DNA of 64,000 bases from Thermodesulfobacteriota bacterium (GTDB lineage Bacteria > Desulfobacterota_D > UBA1144 > Nemesobacterales > Mycalebacteriaceae), in contig CBDAQI010000013.1 in the NCBI GenBank assembly GCA_965198945.1, forward strand, positions 128,001-192,000, given 5' to 3'. The notes under the pieces were generated by a model. The model did no database searches. It was not told where the DNA came from and worked only from the letters and a program-made list of their open reading frames with translations. Numbering within the stretch: the first letter of the stretch is position 1; the number at the start of each line of letters is the position of its first letter. Below are positions 50,801 through 61,282 of the stretch, one piece after another. Position numbers and translations under genes: made by a program.

Positions 50801-53107
50801 CTAAAATGATGCGCCTATTGAGAAGTTTACCTGACTTTTGTCCTCAAAGGGACGTCTGTCAACAGGGTATCCGATTTCAATTTTAATCAAACCCAAAGGA
50901 GAACGCCACCAAAATCCGTAACCAAAATCTTTACGCAAATCACCGGGGTCTACTGAAAACGAGAATCCCTGTTCCGGGTCAAAAACATTTCCTATATCGT
51001 AGAACAAAATTCCGAACAAACCAATGGATTCAATAAGGGGAATCACAAAATCGGCTTTGCCGTATATTCTCTCGGTTCCGCCCAGAGCCGAGTTTGTTCC
51101 TCCAACCGCTATTTCTCTGTATTCATAACCGCGAAGATCGTAGGATCCACCGAGAAAAAGCCTTTCGTCAACGGCATGGGCATTGCTCTGCCCACCCCGC
51201 AGCCAGACCCTGTCATATCCCATTTTCAGGGACAGAAAAGAGCCCTTAAAGACCGGAATCCAAGTATTGGTTTCAAAAGCCAGTTTGCTTAAATCCGTAT
51301 CTCCTCCAAATGGTCCCGTATACTCATAAACAAGAATTGTTCTGTAACCGCTTCTGGGAAAGAGAAAATTATCGCGGCTGTCCCAGCTGATTTCCGCTCC
51401 CACGGCGCTGAGTAGTCCGCTGGAAGAACGAATATTTGCCGCTATTGCGGCGGGTGAAGGGTTTGTTATTTTCAGGTCTTCCCATCTGTAGTAAATACGT
51501 CCCCAGAGTTGACTGTAAAGGCTTCTTCCAACCCCTACGGTGAATCCTATTGAGTCCGTATCGTAATCGGTATAGTCTCTTTCCACCCGTGAGACGGAAG
51601 CATCAAAAGTCCAGTCCGTGTCAAGAAAATTTCCGTCTCTGTATCTGAGCGCATATGTGTCCGTTATGTCACCGAAATTGGCCGTCGCTTCAAGAGAGTT
51701 TCCGTAACCGAAAAGATTTCCTTCCCTGATTGAACCGAAAAATATGAAATCCTCAACGGAACTCACTCCCGCCCCGAGATTGAACTGAGCGGTTGAAGTT
51801 TCCGTTACGGCAACCGTAACATCCAATTCGTTCGGGTTTTCCCTTGACCGTTCGGTTGTAACCTGTATGGAGCCGGAGTCAAAAAATCCGCTTCTTCCCA
51901 CAAGAGGTTTGATCAGGGCCAGGCTGTCAGATTCGTAAATATCCCCTTCAGCAATGGGAATCTGTCTCCTGATAAACTTGTCCACCGTTTTGTCATTGCC
52001 GACAATGGTGATTCTGTTGATGCGGAAAAGCTCTCCTTTTTCAACCCTCAGAGTGACCGCCACTCCTGGTTTACCGCCGGGTATTGACTGCTTGACCACC
52101 ACCGGATCAACGTTTACATCTGCATAGCCTTTGTTTGAATAGATGGAGGTTACAAAGTTTATATCTGATGAAAGCTTGCTGTTACCGTAGGGCTCACCCT
52201 TTTTCAAACTGATTTTGTAAAGAATTTCTTTCTCATTTACTTCGGGCGGAGGCTCTATTCCCTCAAGTGAAATTTCAGATACGAAATACTGCGGCCCCTC
52301 ATCAATTTCAAATGTTATTTCATATGAGTTTGTCGGCTTGTCATATTTGAACTTCGGAGGTGAAACCTTCGCATCAAGGTAGCCTTCATCCAGATAGGCA
52401 TACTTTATGCGTTCGGAGTCTTTTTCAATCTCTTCCCTGATAAACAGTCCTCTTGCACCGAGACTGTAGAACTTACGCGGACTACTGAAAATCCTTTTGG
52501 AAAGGCTCTTGGTTTTTATATTTATATTCCCTTTGATTTTCACCGAAGAGATGGTTTCCCGCTCTCCCTCGTCAACTTTGTATGCAACCCTTATCCGGCC
52601 GTCTTCTTCGGGTTCTATGTTGTAGGAAACCCGGGCGTTGCCGTAACCTTTGACCGCATAGAGTTCGGTGATTTTTTCAGCCTCGGCTTTTATTTCCGCC
52701 GTGCTGACTATCTGGTTTGCCTGAATCTCCAGAGCTTCATTGATTTTTTCATCTTTAAGGTTTTTGTTTCCGCTGAATGACAAATCCACAAGAACCGGAT
52801 TTTCTTTGAGAGTATAAGTCAGTATCACACCTGACCCGGAAACCTCTTTTTCAACGGAAACATCATAAAAGTCGCCCGTTGAGTAGATTTTTTTTATGTC
52901 CTCGGCAATCAAAGATTCATCATATATTTCCCCGGCTTTTTGAGAAATAAGGAGCTCCACCGAATCGGTTCCGATTCTTCTGTTGCCCTCAATTCTGATT
53001 TCCGAAACCTGAACGCTCTGGGCATAAGAAAACGAATTCCCCGCTATGAAAAAAGCAATGGAAAGAAAGAGAAAAAACAGTTTTTTCCACGAATCCGGGC
53101 TACGCAT
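50801..53107 (-). CDS. bamA: Outer membrane protein assembly factor
   Basis: POTRA repeats (IEGNRR, IVGNDKT), LRGY motif, WRSPLGLI, terminal Phe. Confidence 0.95.
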   Translation of the reverse strand: MRSPDSWKKLFFLFLSIAFFIAGNSFSYAQSVQVSEIRIEGNRRIGTDSVELLISQKAGEIYDESLIAEDIKKIYSTGDFYDVSVEKEVSGSGVILTYTLKENPVLVDLSFSGNKNLKDEKINEALEIQANQIVSTAEIKAEAEKITELYAVKGYGNARVSYNIEPEEDGRIRVAYKVDEGERETISSVKIKGNINIKTKSLSKRIFSSPRKFYSLGARGLFIREEIEKDSERIKYAYLDEGYLDAKVSPPKFKYDKPTNSYEITFEIDEGPQYFVSEISLEGIEPPPEVNEKEILYKISLKKGEPYGNSKLSSDINFVTSIYSNKGYADVNVDPVVVKQSIPGGKPGVAVTLRVEKGELFRINRITIVGNDKTVDKFIRRQIPIAEGDIYESDSLALIKPLVGRSGFFDSGSIQVTTERSRENPNELDVTVAVTETSTAQFNLGAGVSSVEDFIFFGSIREGNLFGYGNSLEATANFGDITDTYALRYRDGNFLDTDWTFDASVSRVERDYTDYDTDSIGFTVGVGRSLYSQLWGRIYYRWEDLKITNPSPAAIAANIRSSSGLLSAVGAEISWDSRDNFLFPRSGYRTILVYEYTGPFGGDTDLSKLAFETNTWIPVFKGSFLSLKMGYDRVWLRGGQSNAHAVDERLFLGGSYDLRGYEYREIAVGGTNSALGGTERIYGKADFVIPLIESIGLFGILFYDIGNVFDPEQGFSFSVDPGDLRKDFGYGFWWRSPLGLIKIEIGYPVDRRPFEDKSQVNFSIGASF

Positions 53108-53768
53108 CTACAATTCTCCCGTCAGAAATAAAAAGAGATCTGTCAAATCTTTCAGACAAAGCTCTGCTGTGAGTCGCCACAACAAGTGCGGTGTTGAATT
53201 TGTCTCTGGCTGAAAACATTACATCGGCCACAAGATTTGAAGTGTTGGGGTCAAGATTGCCGGTCGGTTCATCGGCAAGGACTATATCAGGCTCCATAAC
53301 AAGAGCACGCGCTATGGAGACTCTCTGTTGCTGGCCTTCAGAAAGTTCGTCCGGAAAACTGCTAAATTTGTCTTCAAGACCCACACTGCACAGAAGATTC
53401 TCAGCCCTGGCACGGGATTGGGATTTGCTGATTCCGCAAATTAAACAAGGCAGAGTTACGTTTTCAAAAGCGGTAAAGCCGCTGAGCAAATTATGGGACT
53501 GAAAAACAAACCCCATTCTGCGCCTCATTCCAATGTCTCCCCCGGAAAAAAGGCATTTTTTGCCTTTGAAGAAAACTTCTCCCCGTGTCGGAGACTCTAT
53601 AACACCCAGCATGTTGAGCAGAGTTGTTTTCCCCGAACCGGACTTGCCGCTTATTGAAACGCTTTCCCCCGCATTTATGACGAGGCTGACACCGCCAATA
53701 ACCTTAAGAGTTTGGCCGCCCTGAATATACTCTTTGTCCAGATTTCTCACTTCAATTAGTGGTTTCAT
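53100..53768 (-). CDS. lolD: LolD-like ABC ATPase
   Basis: GKSGSGKT, LSEGQQQRV, LADEPTGNLD, ATH. Confidence 0.85.
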   Translation of the reverse strand: MKPLIEVRNLDKEYIQGGQTLKVIGGVSLVINAGESVSISGKSGSGKTTLLNMLGVIESPTRGEVFFKGKKCLFSGGDIGMRRRMGFVFQSHNLLSGFTAFENVTLPCLICGISKSQSRARAENLLCSVGLEDKFSSFPDELSEGQQQRVSIARALVMEPDIVLADEPTGNLDPNTSNLVADVMFSARDKFNTALVVATHSRALSERFDRSLFISDGRIVDA

Positions 53769-55006
53769 TGGGCTTTTAGCTTTGCCGCAAGATTGCCTCC
53801 GCGCAAGCAGTAAGCCGGATACAAAGAGGCAAAGAAACAAAATAACTGACCGGATGCTGCGACGACAAGGAAATATAAAGGCTCTATAATAACAGGGAAT
53901 TTTGATATTCCATAAACCTCCGGATCAAAAGGTATCAGTGACGCTACGGTTTCATTGTTGGCAAGCAGCCAGCACACAGTGAAGGCGGCCGCCGTTCCAA
54001 AAACGATTCCCGCAAATCCGAGAAGAGAACCGACAATAAGAAATATGTTTCCAATCTGTTTTCTTGAGGCTCCGGCGACACGCAGAATCGCTATATCCCT
54101 GCTCTTTTCAATCATCATCAACAACAAAACACTCATAACGCTCAGCGAAGCCATCAAAACTATAAACCCAAGCAAAACGGTCAGACCGAGCTTCTCCAGC
54201 CTGAGCGCTGAAAACAGTTTGCTGTTGGCTTCCTGCCAGCTTTTTGCGACAAACGGGAACCCCAGGGCATCTTCCAGTTTCTGCGCGCTCAGTTCGGATT
54301 GAAAGGGCTCTTCAATCATTACTTCAAAAGAAGACGGACTTTTATTTCCGAAAAATTCAAGCGCGTTGTAGAGATTCATATATGAAAATGTTGAATCGTA
54401 GTGCGCCATCCCGTATTTAAATATCCCGGCAACCTCGAAAGACCCGTTTCTGGGCCTTTTTTTCAGGGCTTTCTCTTTATCAGGAAAGAGAAATGTGACG
54501 CTGTCGCCTTTTTCAACACCAAGCGCATCGGCAAGCGCGTATCCCAGAACTATGGGCGGAAGTCCTGAAGAAGTCCGCTCTGAAAGAACTGAAAAAACAT
54601 CGGTCTTTCTTTCCGGTCTTTCACTCACAAACGGAAAATCTTTCATATAGACATCCGGGTCTATTCCCGTTGCGGTGGTTCCCTGAGATCCGTAGCCGGA
54701 GACAATCAGCCCCGTACCGTAGACCACGGGAAAAACACGCTCCACACCGGGAATCAGTTTGATTTGTTTTTCAACCTCGGAATGGTTTTCAATGTCTCCT
54801 TCGTAACTTGAAACAAGAACATGCGCTGAAGCGCTGAGAATTGATTTGCCAAGTTCCGTTTGAAACCCGCTCATAACTGCGAGAACAACATTAAGAGAGA
54901 ACACACCGACCCCTATTCCAAGAACCGAAATCAGCGCCGTTGAAAATATCGCCCGAACCTTTCTTTGCGAAAGCAGATATCTGAACGCGACAAAAAGCTC
55001 AAACAT
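53765..55006 (-). CDS. Lipoprotein-releasing ABC permease LolC/E
   Basis: VAFRYL, VLAVMSGF, LFSALRLEK, DIAILR, ASLYPA. Confidence 0.9.
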   Translation of the reverse strand: MFELFVAFRYLLSQRKVRAIFSTALISVLGIGVGVFSLNVVLAVMSGFQTELGKSILSASAHVLVSSYEGDIENHSEVEKQIKLIPGVERVFPVVYGTGLIVSGYGSQGTTATGIDPDVYMKDFPFVSERPERKTDVFSVLSERTSSGLPPIVLGYALADALGVEKGDSVTFLFPDKEKALKKRPRNGSFEVAGIFKYGMAHYDSTFSYMNLYNALEFFGNKSPSSFEVMIEEPFQSELSAQKLEDALGFPFVAKSWQEANSKLFSALRLEKLGLTVLLGFIVLMASLSVMSVLLLMMIEKSRDIAILRVAGASRKQIGNIFLIVGSLLGFAGIVFGTAAAFTVCWLLANNETVASLIPFDPEVYGISKFPVIIEPLYFLVVAASGQLFCFFASLYPAYCLRGGNLAAKLKAQ

Positions 55007-56494
55007 TTAAGGTCTCATATGTGGGAAAAACAACACTTCCCTTATTGAAGTGGTACCGGCAAGCAGCATAACGAGGCGGTCTATGCCTATTCCGGCGCCG
55101 GCCGTCGGAGGCATTCCGTGTTCAAGAGCGACGAGAAAGTCTTCGTCAGTCTCATGAAATTCATCGTCGTTATTACTTTTCATCTCCGCCTGGGCATCAA
55201 ATCTTTTTTTCTGTTCCCGGGGGTCGTTAAGCTCTGAAAAAGCGTTGGCTATCTCACAGCCGTTTATATACAGCTCAAACCTGTCCGCTATCTCGGGATT
55301 TGTATCCGAAGCCCGCGCAAGTGGGGAAACATCAAGCGGAAAGCCGAATACAAATGTGGGGTTTTTCAGTTTTGAAGCAAACACTTCCTCGAAAATTCCA
55401 GCAATGGCCTTTCCTCTGATATTGCCATGACTGACGCCGAGCGCATCGGCCTGCTTAAACAAAAAAGAGCTGTCGGAAAATAATTTTTCTCCGTATTTCT
55501 CTTTCAAAGACCCGTAAATACTCATTCTTTTCCAGGGAACGGTAAAATCCAGTTCGTTTCCGTCAAATTCATACTTTGCCGTTCCCCCGATTTTTAATGC
55601 CAGAGAAGACAGCATTTTCTCTATCAGTTCCATCATGTCTTCGTAGTCCGCATATCCCTGATAAAACTCAATCATGGTAAATTCGGGGTTGTGGCGGGTG
55701 GAAACCCCCTCGTTTCTGAAAACCCTGCCTATTTCATAAATTTTTTCAAAACCGCCGATGACAAGCCTTTTCAAATAAAGCTCAGGCGCTATTCTGAGAA
55801 AAAGTTCCATATCAAGAGCGTTATGGTGAGTTATAAAAGGACGAGCCGCCGCGCCGCCCGCAACTCCGTGAAGCACAGGAGTTTCAACTTCAAGAAAACC
55901 TCTCGTGTCAAGAAAATTTCTTATAAAGCTTATGCACTCGGAGCGAAGACGGAAAATTTTTCTGACATCGGGATTCACAATCAGGTCCAGATAGCGTTTC
56001 CTGAACCTTGTTTCCACCTGTTGGAGACCGTGCCATTTTTCCGGAAGCGGGCGCAATGTTTTTGTGAGCATCACAATTTTTTGCGCCTTGACGGTCAGTT
56101 CTCCGGTTTTTGTTCTGAAAAGAGTTCCCTCAACTCCGGCAAAATCACCGGAATCCAGATATGTGCCGACAATTTCAAAACTGTCTTCGGAAGTCTCTTT
56201 CCTGTTCACATAACACTGAATCTTTCCCGAAGAGTCGGCTATGTCAAAAAATGCGGCTCTACCGAAATTTCTTTTGGACAGCACCCTGCCTACGACTGAA
56301 AAACGAGGAAGTGATTCAATCTCATCGGCGGTTTTTTCTTCCGACTGCAACCGGACTCGGGCTATGGAAACCGACGGTTTGAAACTGTTTGAATACGGGT
56401 TTATGCCGCGTTTGCCGAGCTGCGAAGCTTTATCTTTTCTGAGAATATATTCGTCGTTTTCGTTTTTACCGGCATTGGATTGTCCACTGCTCAT
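55007..56494 (-). CDS. lysS: Lysine--tRNA ligase (class II)
   Basis: LRIAPELYLKRL, FRNEG, HNPEFT, GMPPTAG.GIGIDRL. Confidence 0.98.
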   Translation of the reverse strand: MSSGQSNAGKNENDEYILRKDKASQLGKRGINPYSNSFKPSVSIARVRLQSEEKTADEIESLPRFSVVGRVLSKRNFGRAAFFDIADSSGKIQCYVNRKETSEDSFEIVGTYLDSGDFAGVEGTLFRTKTGELTVKAQKIVMLTKTLRPLPEKWHGLQQVETRFRKRYLDLIVNPDVRKIFRLRSECISFIRNFLDTRGFLEVETPVLHGVAGGAAARPFITHHNALDMELFLRIAPELYLKRLVIGGFEKIYEIGRVFRNEGVSTRHNPEFTMIEFYQGYADYEDMMELIEKMLSSLALKIGGTAKYEFDGNELDFTVPWKRMSIYGSLKEKYGEKLFSDSSFLFKQADALGVSHGNIRGKAIAGIFEEVFASKLKNPTFVFGFPLDVSPLARASDTNPEIADRFELYINGCEIANAFSELNDPREQKKRFDAQAEMKSNNDDEFHETDEDFLVALEHGMPPTAGAGIGIDRLVMLLAGTTSIREVLFFPHMRP

Positions 56495-56538
56495 ATTTAT
56501 CTCCCGGAACTAATCAAGAACAAGAGCAAGAATATACT

Positions 56539-57738
56539 TCATAAAACGCCCTTAACAAGACCGAATCCACCGAAGCGGCGGACAAACAGAAAAGCAAAAA
56601 ATCCCGAAAGCGCAACTATGGAAAGAACCAGATACATGCTGAAATATCCCACGGAGTGAGCCAGAGCGCCGGAGAGAAAAGTCCCCAACATCCCGCCGCT
56701 TGTAAAAGATGCGCTGCAAAGCGCAAACACCTTTGCTTTTGAGCGGTTTTCTGATTCCTCCATCGCAAGCAGATACAAAGAGGGATAGGTTAATCCGTGC
56801 GATATTCCGAAAAGAAATCCGGCCAGAGAAACAAGAGATACGGTTTGGGAGAAGGCCAGAATCACAACGGATACAAATGACAGAAAAAGAAAAGGCGGGC
56901 AGATTGAGTAAATTCCGTATTTGTCCGGAACCCACCCCAGAAAAATCCTGACAAACAGAACCGCCACGGTGAAAAAGACAAAAAACAGATAAAAGTTTTC
57001 TATGCCGGCCAGATGAGAAGAAAGCGAAACAAATGAAAACTGAGACAGGAAGACCCAGCCGGAAATAAAAAGCACACTCACGGCGAGCACAAGAGGTCTT
57101 GAAAAAGGCACTGAAAGACCGAAACCCCGACTTTTCTCGCCGCATTTTAATTCCCCGGGCTCTTTTTTCTCTCTGACAAACAAAGACACAAAAATCCCCG
57201 CAAAAGACATTGCTGATACAAAAACAAAAAGAGAAGAAAATCCCCCGTAGTCAACAACCATTTTCCCGATATACGGCGCGACCGCGTATCCGACAATGGT
57301 GAACATTCCGTATATTCCCATTGCCTGAACGCGCTGTCCCTCGGGGGTTATCTCAGTTACAATCGCCCCCGCGGATGTAAAAAAGAATGAAAAAGCGGCC
57401 CCGTGCAGAATTCTGAGCGCATAGATTTTCCAACTCATCGTTTGAAGAAAAATAAATCCCGCGCAGGAAACAAAAAGAATTAAAAATCCCAGAGAAACAA
57501 ATATTTTCCGGCCGTATCTGTCTGCGAGAAATCCCGACAGCGGAGTAAAAAAAAGCATGCTCGCGCCGGAAATACCCATTATAAAACCTATTTCCGAAGG
57601 GTTGCCGCCAAGATTTTCTATTTGCAGAGGAAGAAGTAGAAATGAATGAAAAACAAAGAAAAAAAGCGCCGCGGCAAAAGTCAGAATAATAAAGTCAAAT
57701 GTAAGAAAAAAAGACCTGATCGGGCTTGAAAAGCTCAT
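56539..57738 (-). CDS. MFS transporter
   Basis: Motif A GFLADRYGRK and about 12 TM segments. Confidence 0.88.
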   Translation of the reverse strand: MSFSSPIRSFFLTFDFIILTFAAALFFFVFHSFLLLPLQIENLGGNPSEIGFIMGISGASMLFFTPLSGFLADRYGRKIFVSLGFLILFVSCAGFIFLQTMSWKIYALRILHGAAFSFFFTSAGAIVTEITPEGQRVQAMGIYGMFTIVGYAVAPYIGKMVVDYGGFSSLFVFVSAMSFAGIFVSLFVREKKEPGELKCGEKSRGFGLSVPFSRPLVLAVSVLFISGWVFLSQFSFVSLSSHLAGIENFYLFFVFFTVAVLFVRIFLGWVPDKYGIYSICPPFLFLSFVSVVILAFSQTVSLVSLAGFLFGISHGLTYPSLYLLAMEESENRSKAKVFALCSASFTSGGMLGTFLSGALAHSVGYFSMYLVLSIVALSGFFAFLFVRRFGGFGLVKGVL

Positions 57739-59027
57739 CTGCTTTCCGTTTGCGGCCTTGAAAACCTTATCCGCCCAGCAACAATGGTGTGTTTAACGGC
57801 GCCTTTGACCGTCCGACCTGCAAACGGGGAATTTCTGCTTTTTGAACGGAAAAAACCGGGGTCCACAGTGTATTCTTCGTTCGGGTCAAAGATAACAATG
57901 TCGGCGGCGGCTCCGGTTTGAAGGGTTCCCCCTCCGGTTTTCAGTATTGAAGCCGGAACCGTTGACAGTTTTGACACCATCTCATCAAGCGTCAGAACTT
58001 TTTCGTCAACAAGGCGCAGGGAAAGCGGCAGAGCCGTTTCAAGGCCCACCATTCCAAAGGGCGCTTTGTCAAACTCAACATTTTTTTCATCCGGTGAATG
58101 AGGGGCATGATCGGTCGCTATGGCATCTATTGTTCCGTCTGCAAGGCCTTCCTTAACCGCTTCAATATCTTTTTCGGAACGAAGCGGAGGATTCACTTTC
58201 GCGTTTGTGTTATAACCCTCAACCTCTTTGTCTGAAATCGTAAAGTGGTGGGGTGTCGCTTCCGCGGTTACCTTTATGCCTTTGCTCTTTGCCTCTCTTA
58301 TGGCTGAAACCGAACCGGCGGTGGAAACATGAGCTATGTGCAGAGGCGTGCCGGTCAGTCTGCATAAAATAACATCTCTTGTTATGCATATCTCCTCTGA
58401 CTCCGAGGGAATGCCTTTAAGTCCCATCATGTTTGAAATGTGTCCTTCATTCATAACGCCGCCGTCTGAAAGAGAAAGATCTTCACTGTGTGAAATCACC
58501 GGTATGCCGAACGGTTTTACATATTCCATGGCGCGCCTCATCATTCCTGAGTCCGTCACCGGCATTCCGTCATCTGAAATTGCCACACAGCCGGACTCAC
58601 ACATCTCACCGATGTTTGCCATTGACTTGCCCTCTTCATTTTTTGTAATGGCGCCTATGGGAAAAACTCTCGCGGCGCCCCCGGTCCGGGCTTTCATCAG
58701 TATATATTCGGTAACCGCGGCATTGTCATTTACGGGATTTGTATTGGGCATGCATGCAACCGCCGTAAAACCCCCGGCGACCGCGCTTTTTGTCCCGGTT
58801 TCTATGGTTTCCTTATTCTCAAATCCTGGCTCACGCAGATGGACATGCATGTCAACAAAACCGGGAGCCACAATCATCCCGCGCGCATCTATCACTTTTA
58901 CCCCCGGAATTTTTTCAGCGCCCGGCGGAGTTTTTTTTATTACTCCTTTCTCAACAAATAAAGCGCCCTTGGCATTCCTGCCCGCCGAAGGGTCAATAAT
59001 CACTCCGCCTTTGATAAGAATTTTCAT
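57735..59027 (-). CDS. pyrC: Dihydroorotase
   Basis: DMHVHLREPG, MPNT, KVNPPLR, ATDHAPH. Confidence 0.96.
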   Translation of the reverse strand: MKILIKGGVIIDPSAGRNAKGALFVEKGVIKKTPPGAEKIPGVKVIDARGMIVAPGFVDMHVHLREPGFENKETIETGTKSAVAGGFTAVACMPNTNPVNDNAAVTEYILMKARTGGAARVFPIGAITKNEEGKSMANIGEMCESGCVAISDDGMPVTDSGMMRRAMEYVKPFGIPVISHSEDLSLSDGGVMNEGHISNMMGLKGIPSESEEICITRDVILCRLTGTPLHIAHVSTAGSVSAIREAKSKGIKVTAEATPHHFTISDKEVEGYNTNAKVNPPLRSEKDIEAVKEGLADGTIDAIATDHAPHSPDEKNVEFDKAPFGMVGLETALPLSLRLVDEKVLTLDEMVSKLSTVPASILKTGGGTLQTGAAADIVIFDPNEEYTVDPGFFRSKSRNSPFAGRTVKGAVKHTIVAGRIRFSRPQTESR

Positions 59028-59962
59028 TGTTGCCGACCGCCTTTTCCTGAACAGAGAAGATAAAGTATCGCCATTCTGACAGAAACTCCGTTTGCCACCT
59101 GATCAAGCACCGCAGACCCCTTTCCGTAGGCGACTCCCGATGTCATTTCAACCCCCCTGTTGAGAGGGCCCGGATGCATGACCGTAAGCCCCGGAGGCGC
59201 AAGTTTCACCCGTTCTCCGGTGAGACCGAAAAAATTAAAATATTCTCTCAATGAAGGGAAATAACGGTTGCTGTCTCTTTCCGTTTGAACCCTTAGCATT
59301 ATAACCACATCCGTGCCCGGCAGCGCGTCTTCAATTGAGTTATAAATGTCAACCCCCAGATTAGAAAAACCGGCGGGCGCCATGGAACCCGGCCCGGCAA
59401 TTGCAACGGAAGCCCCCATTTTCAAAAAAGCATATATGTCCGATCTTGCCACTCTGCTGTTGAGGATGTCGCCGACTATCAAAATCCTGAGTCCTTGGAT
59501 GCGTCCCCTGGCCTGTTTGACGGTCATAAGGTCTACAAGGGCCTGGCTCGGATGTTCATTTGAGCCGTCTCCGGCATTAATTATTGACACGCCCGTCTGC
59601 CGTGCGAGAAAATCCGGAGCGCCTGACATCGGGTGTCTTATTATTATCGCTTCCGCTCCGAGAGCTTCAAGAGTTTTTGCCGTGTCAAGAAGATTCTCAC
59701 CTTTTACAACGCTGCTTTGAGAAACGGTAAAATTGAGAACATCGGAACTCAGACGTTTTTCGGCGATTTCAAAAGACGCCTTTGTTCTGGTGCTGGGTTC
59801 AAAAAACAGATTTGCTATCGTAATTCCCTTGAGAGCCGGAACTTTTTTGATTTTTCTTTGAGTCGCCTCCTTCATTGAAGAAGCCGTTTGCAGGATCAGG
59901 TCTATCTCTTCTGCGAAAAGATCAGAAATTCCCGTTAAATCTTTTCTTTGAAGCCCGTTCAT
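59024..59962 (-). CDS. pyrB: Aspartate carbamoyltransferase catalytic subunit
   Basis: FFEPSTRT, NAGDG, HPSQAL, MHPGP.NRG. Confidence 0.96.
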   Translation of the reverse strand: MNGLQRKDLTGISDLFAEEIDLILQTASSMKEATQRKIKKVPALKGITIANLFFEPSTRTKASFEIAEKRLSSDVLNFTVSQSSVVKGENLLDTAKTLEALGAEAIIIRHPMSGAPDFLARQTGVSIINAGDGSNEHPSQALVDLMTVKQARGRIQGLRILIVGDILNSRVARSDIYAFLKMGASVAIAGPGSMAPAGFSNLGVDIYNSIEDALPGTDVVIMLRVQTERDSNRYFPSLREYFNFFGLTGERVKLAPPGLTVMHPGPLNRGVEMTSGVAYGKGSAVLDQVANGVSVRMAILYLLCSGKGGRQQ

Positions 59963-60519
59963 GTTCCGGTGATGAAAACCCCCTGCTTTTCTGCGTTTTG
60001 ATTGTCAAGGGAAACGACAATTTTTTGATTTTGATCCGCGCTGACCTTAACCGCGCAATAGTCCGGCTGTATTGGAAACTCTCTGCCTCTCCTGTCGGCT
60101 ACAACCGCAAGTTTGATGCTGTCAGGCCTGCCGTAGTCAGTTAAAGATTCCATCGCCGCACGCACGGTTCTGCCGGTGGATATAACATCATCCACCAAAA
60201 GCACATCAAGACCGTCAACACTGAAGGGCATTTCAGTTTCCCCCGCTTTCGGAAGTTTGTTCGCACTCCAGATATCGTCTCTGTAAAGAGTTATGTCAAG
60301 AACCCCGACAGGAAAAGAGCATTTTTTTCTTTCGGACAAAAAAGCCGCCACGCGCTGCGCAATCACCTCGCCCATTGTTTTTATACCCACGATGCAAATT
60401 CCCTTTTCTCTGCCCGGATCAATAGCGTTTTCAACTCCGCGCGCAATCCGCATTATGGAATCATCCAGAGCGTTTGCGTCCATAACCGTTTTCAAAACCT
60501 TTCCGCCACGCACAAACAT
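59959..60519 (-). CDS. pyrR: Pyrimidine regulator / uracil phosphoribosyltransferase
   Basis: LDITLYRDD, LVDDVISTGRTVRAA, DR..REFPIQPDY. Confidence 0.92.
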   Translation of the reverse strand: MFVRGGKVLKTVMDANALDDSIMRIARGVENAIDPGREKGICIVGIKTMGEVIAQRVAAFLSERKKCSFPVGVLDITLYRDDIWSANKLPKAGETEMPFSVDGLDVLLVDDVISTGRTVRAAMESLTDYGRPDSIKLAVVADRRGREFPIQPDYCAVKVSADQNQKIVVSLDNQNAEKQGVFITGT

Positions 60520-61232
60520 TATTCAACCTGCGAAAAAATCCTTTTCCACCTTATTTGAGGGATTAGAGAATTTTTAAAATTCCATGACCAGTGTATGAGA
60601 ACGGCCTTTCCCACAACATCTTTATAGGGAATTGCGCCCCATGAACGGCTGTCCTGACTGTTGTCACGGTTGTCTCCCATGAGAAAAACATGCCCCTCGG
60701 GCACTACAAAACGCGAGGCGCGTCCCTTGTATGTTGAATAGAGTCCGCGCTGATAAACCACGTTTACTTTCCTGTCTCCAAAATTTTGAACATATGTGTC
60801 AAACCCGCTTTTTTCATTGGGGCCGGCATATGACTGCTCAATTTCAAAACCGTTTACAAAAACCGATCTTCCCCTTATTTGAACAACATCATTTCCCGTT
60901 GCCACAACTCGTTTTATAAAATAAGTCTTCTTGTTTTTGCCGTAGCTGACGGGTTTTTTGAAAACCACGACATCACCCTTTTCAATGGGACCGCCCTTGA
61001 AAATTTTCCGGTCGAAAAAAGGGAATCTGATTCCGTAGGCGAACTTCTCAACAATTATATAGTCTCCGACCAGAAGCGTGGGCACCATTGACGAAGAGGG
61101 GATTTTGAAGGGCTGTACTATGAAAGCCCTCACAAAAAGCGCAAGAAAAAGCGCAAGAAGCACTGATTCTATATTTTGTCTGATGAACGATTTGGAGGCG
61201 TTTCCGCCTCTGCCTGAAAAAAAGCCAAACAT
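60519..61232 (-). CDS. lepB: Signal peptidase I
   Basis: IPSSSMVPTL, FIKRVV, MGDNRDNSQDSR. Confidence 0.95.
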   Translation of the reverse strand: MFGFFSGRGGNASKSFIRQNIESVLLALFLALFVRAFIVQPFKIPSSSMVPTLLVGDYIIVEKFAYGIRFPFFDRKIFKGGPIEKGDVVVFKKPVSYGKNKKTYFIKRVVATGNDVVQIRGRSVFVNGFEIEQSYAGPNEKSGFDTYVQNFGDRKVNVVYQRGLYSTYKGRASRFVVPEGHVFLMGDNRDNSQDSRSWGAIPYKDVVGKAVLIHWSWNFKNSLIPQIRWKRIFSQVE

Positions 61233-61282
61233 TGAATAAAACGCTTTATAAATCCGGGTTCATTATAGACACGGAGGAAAAA

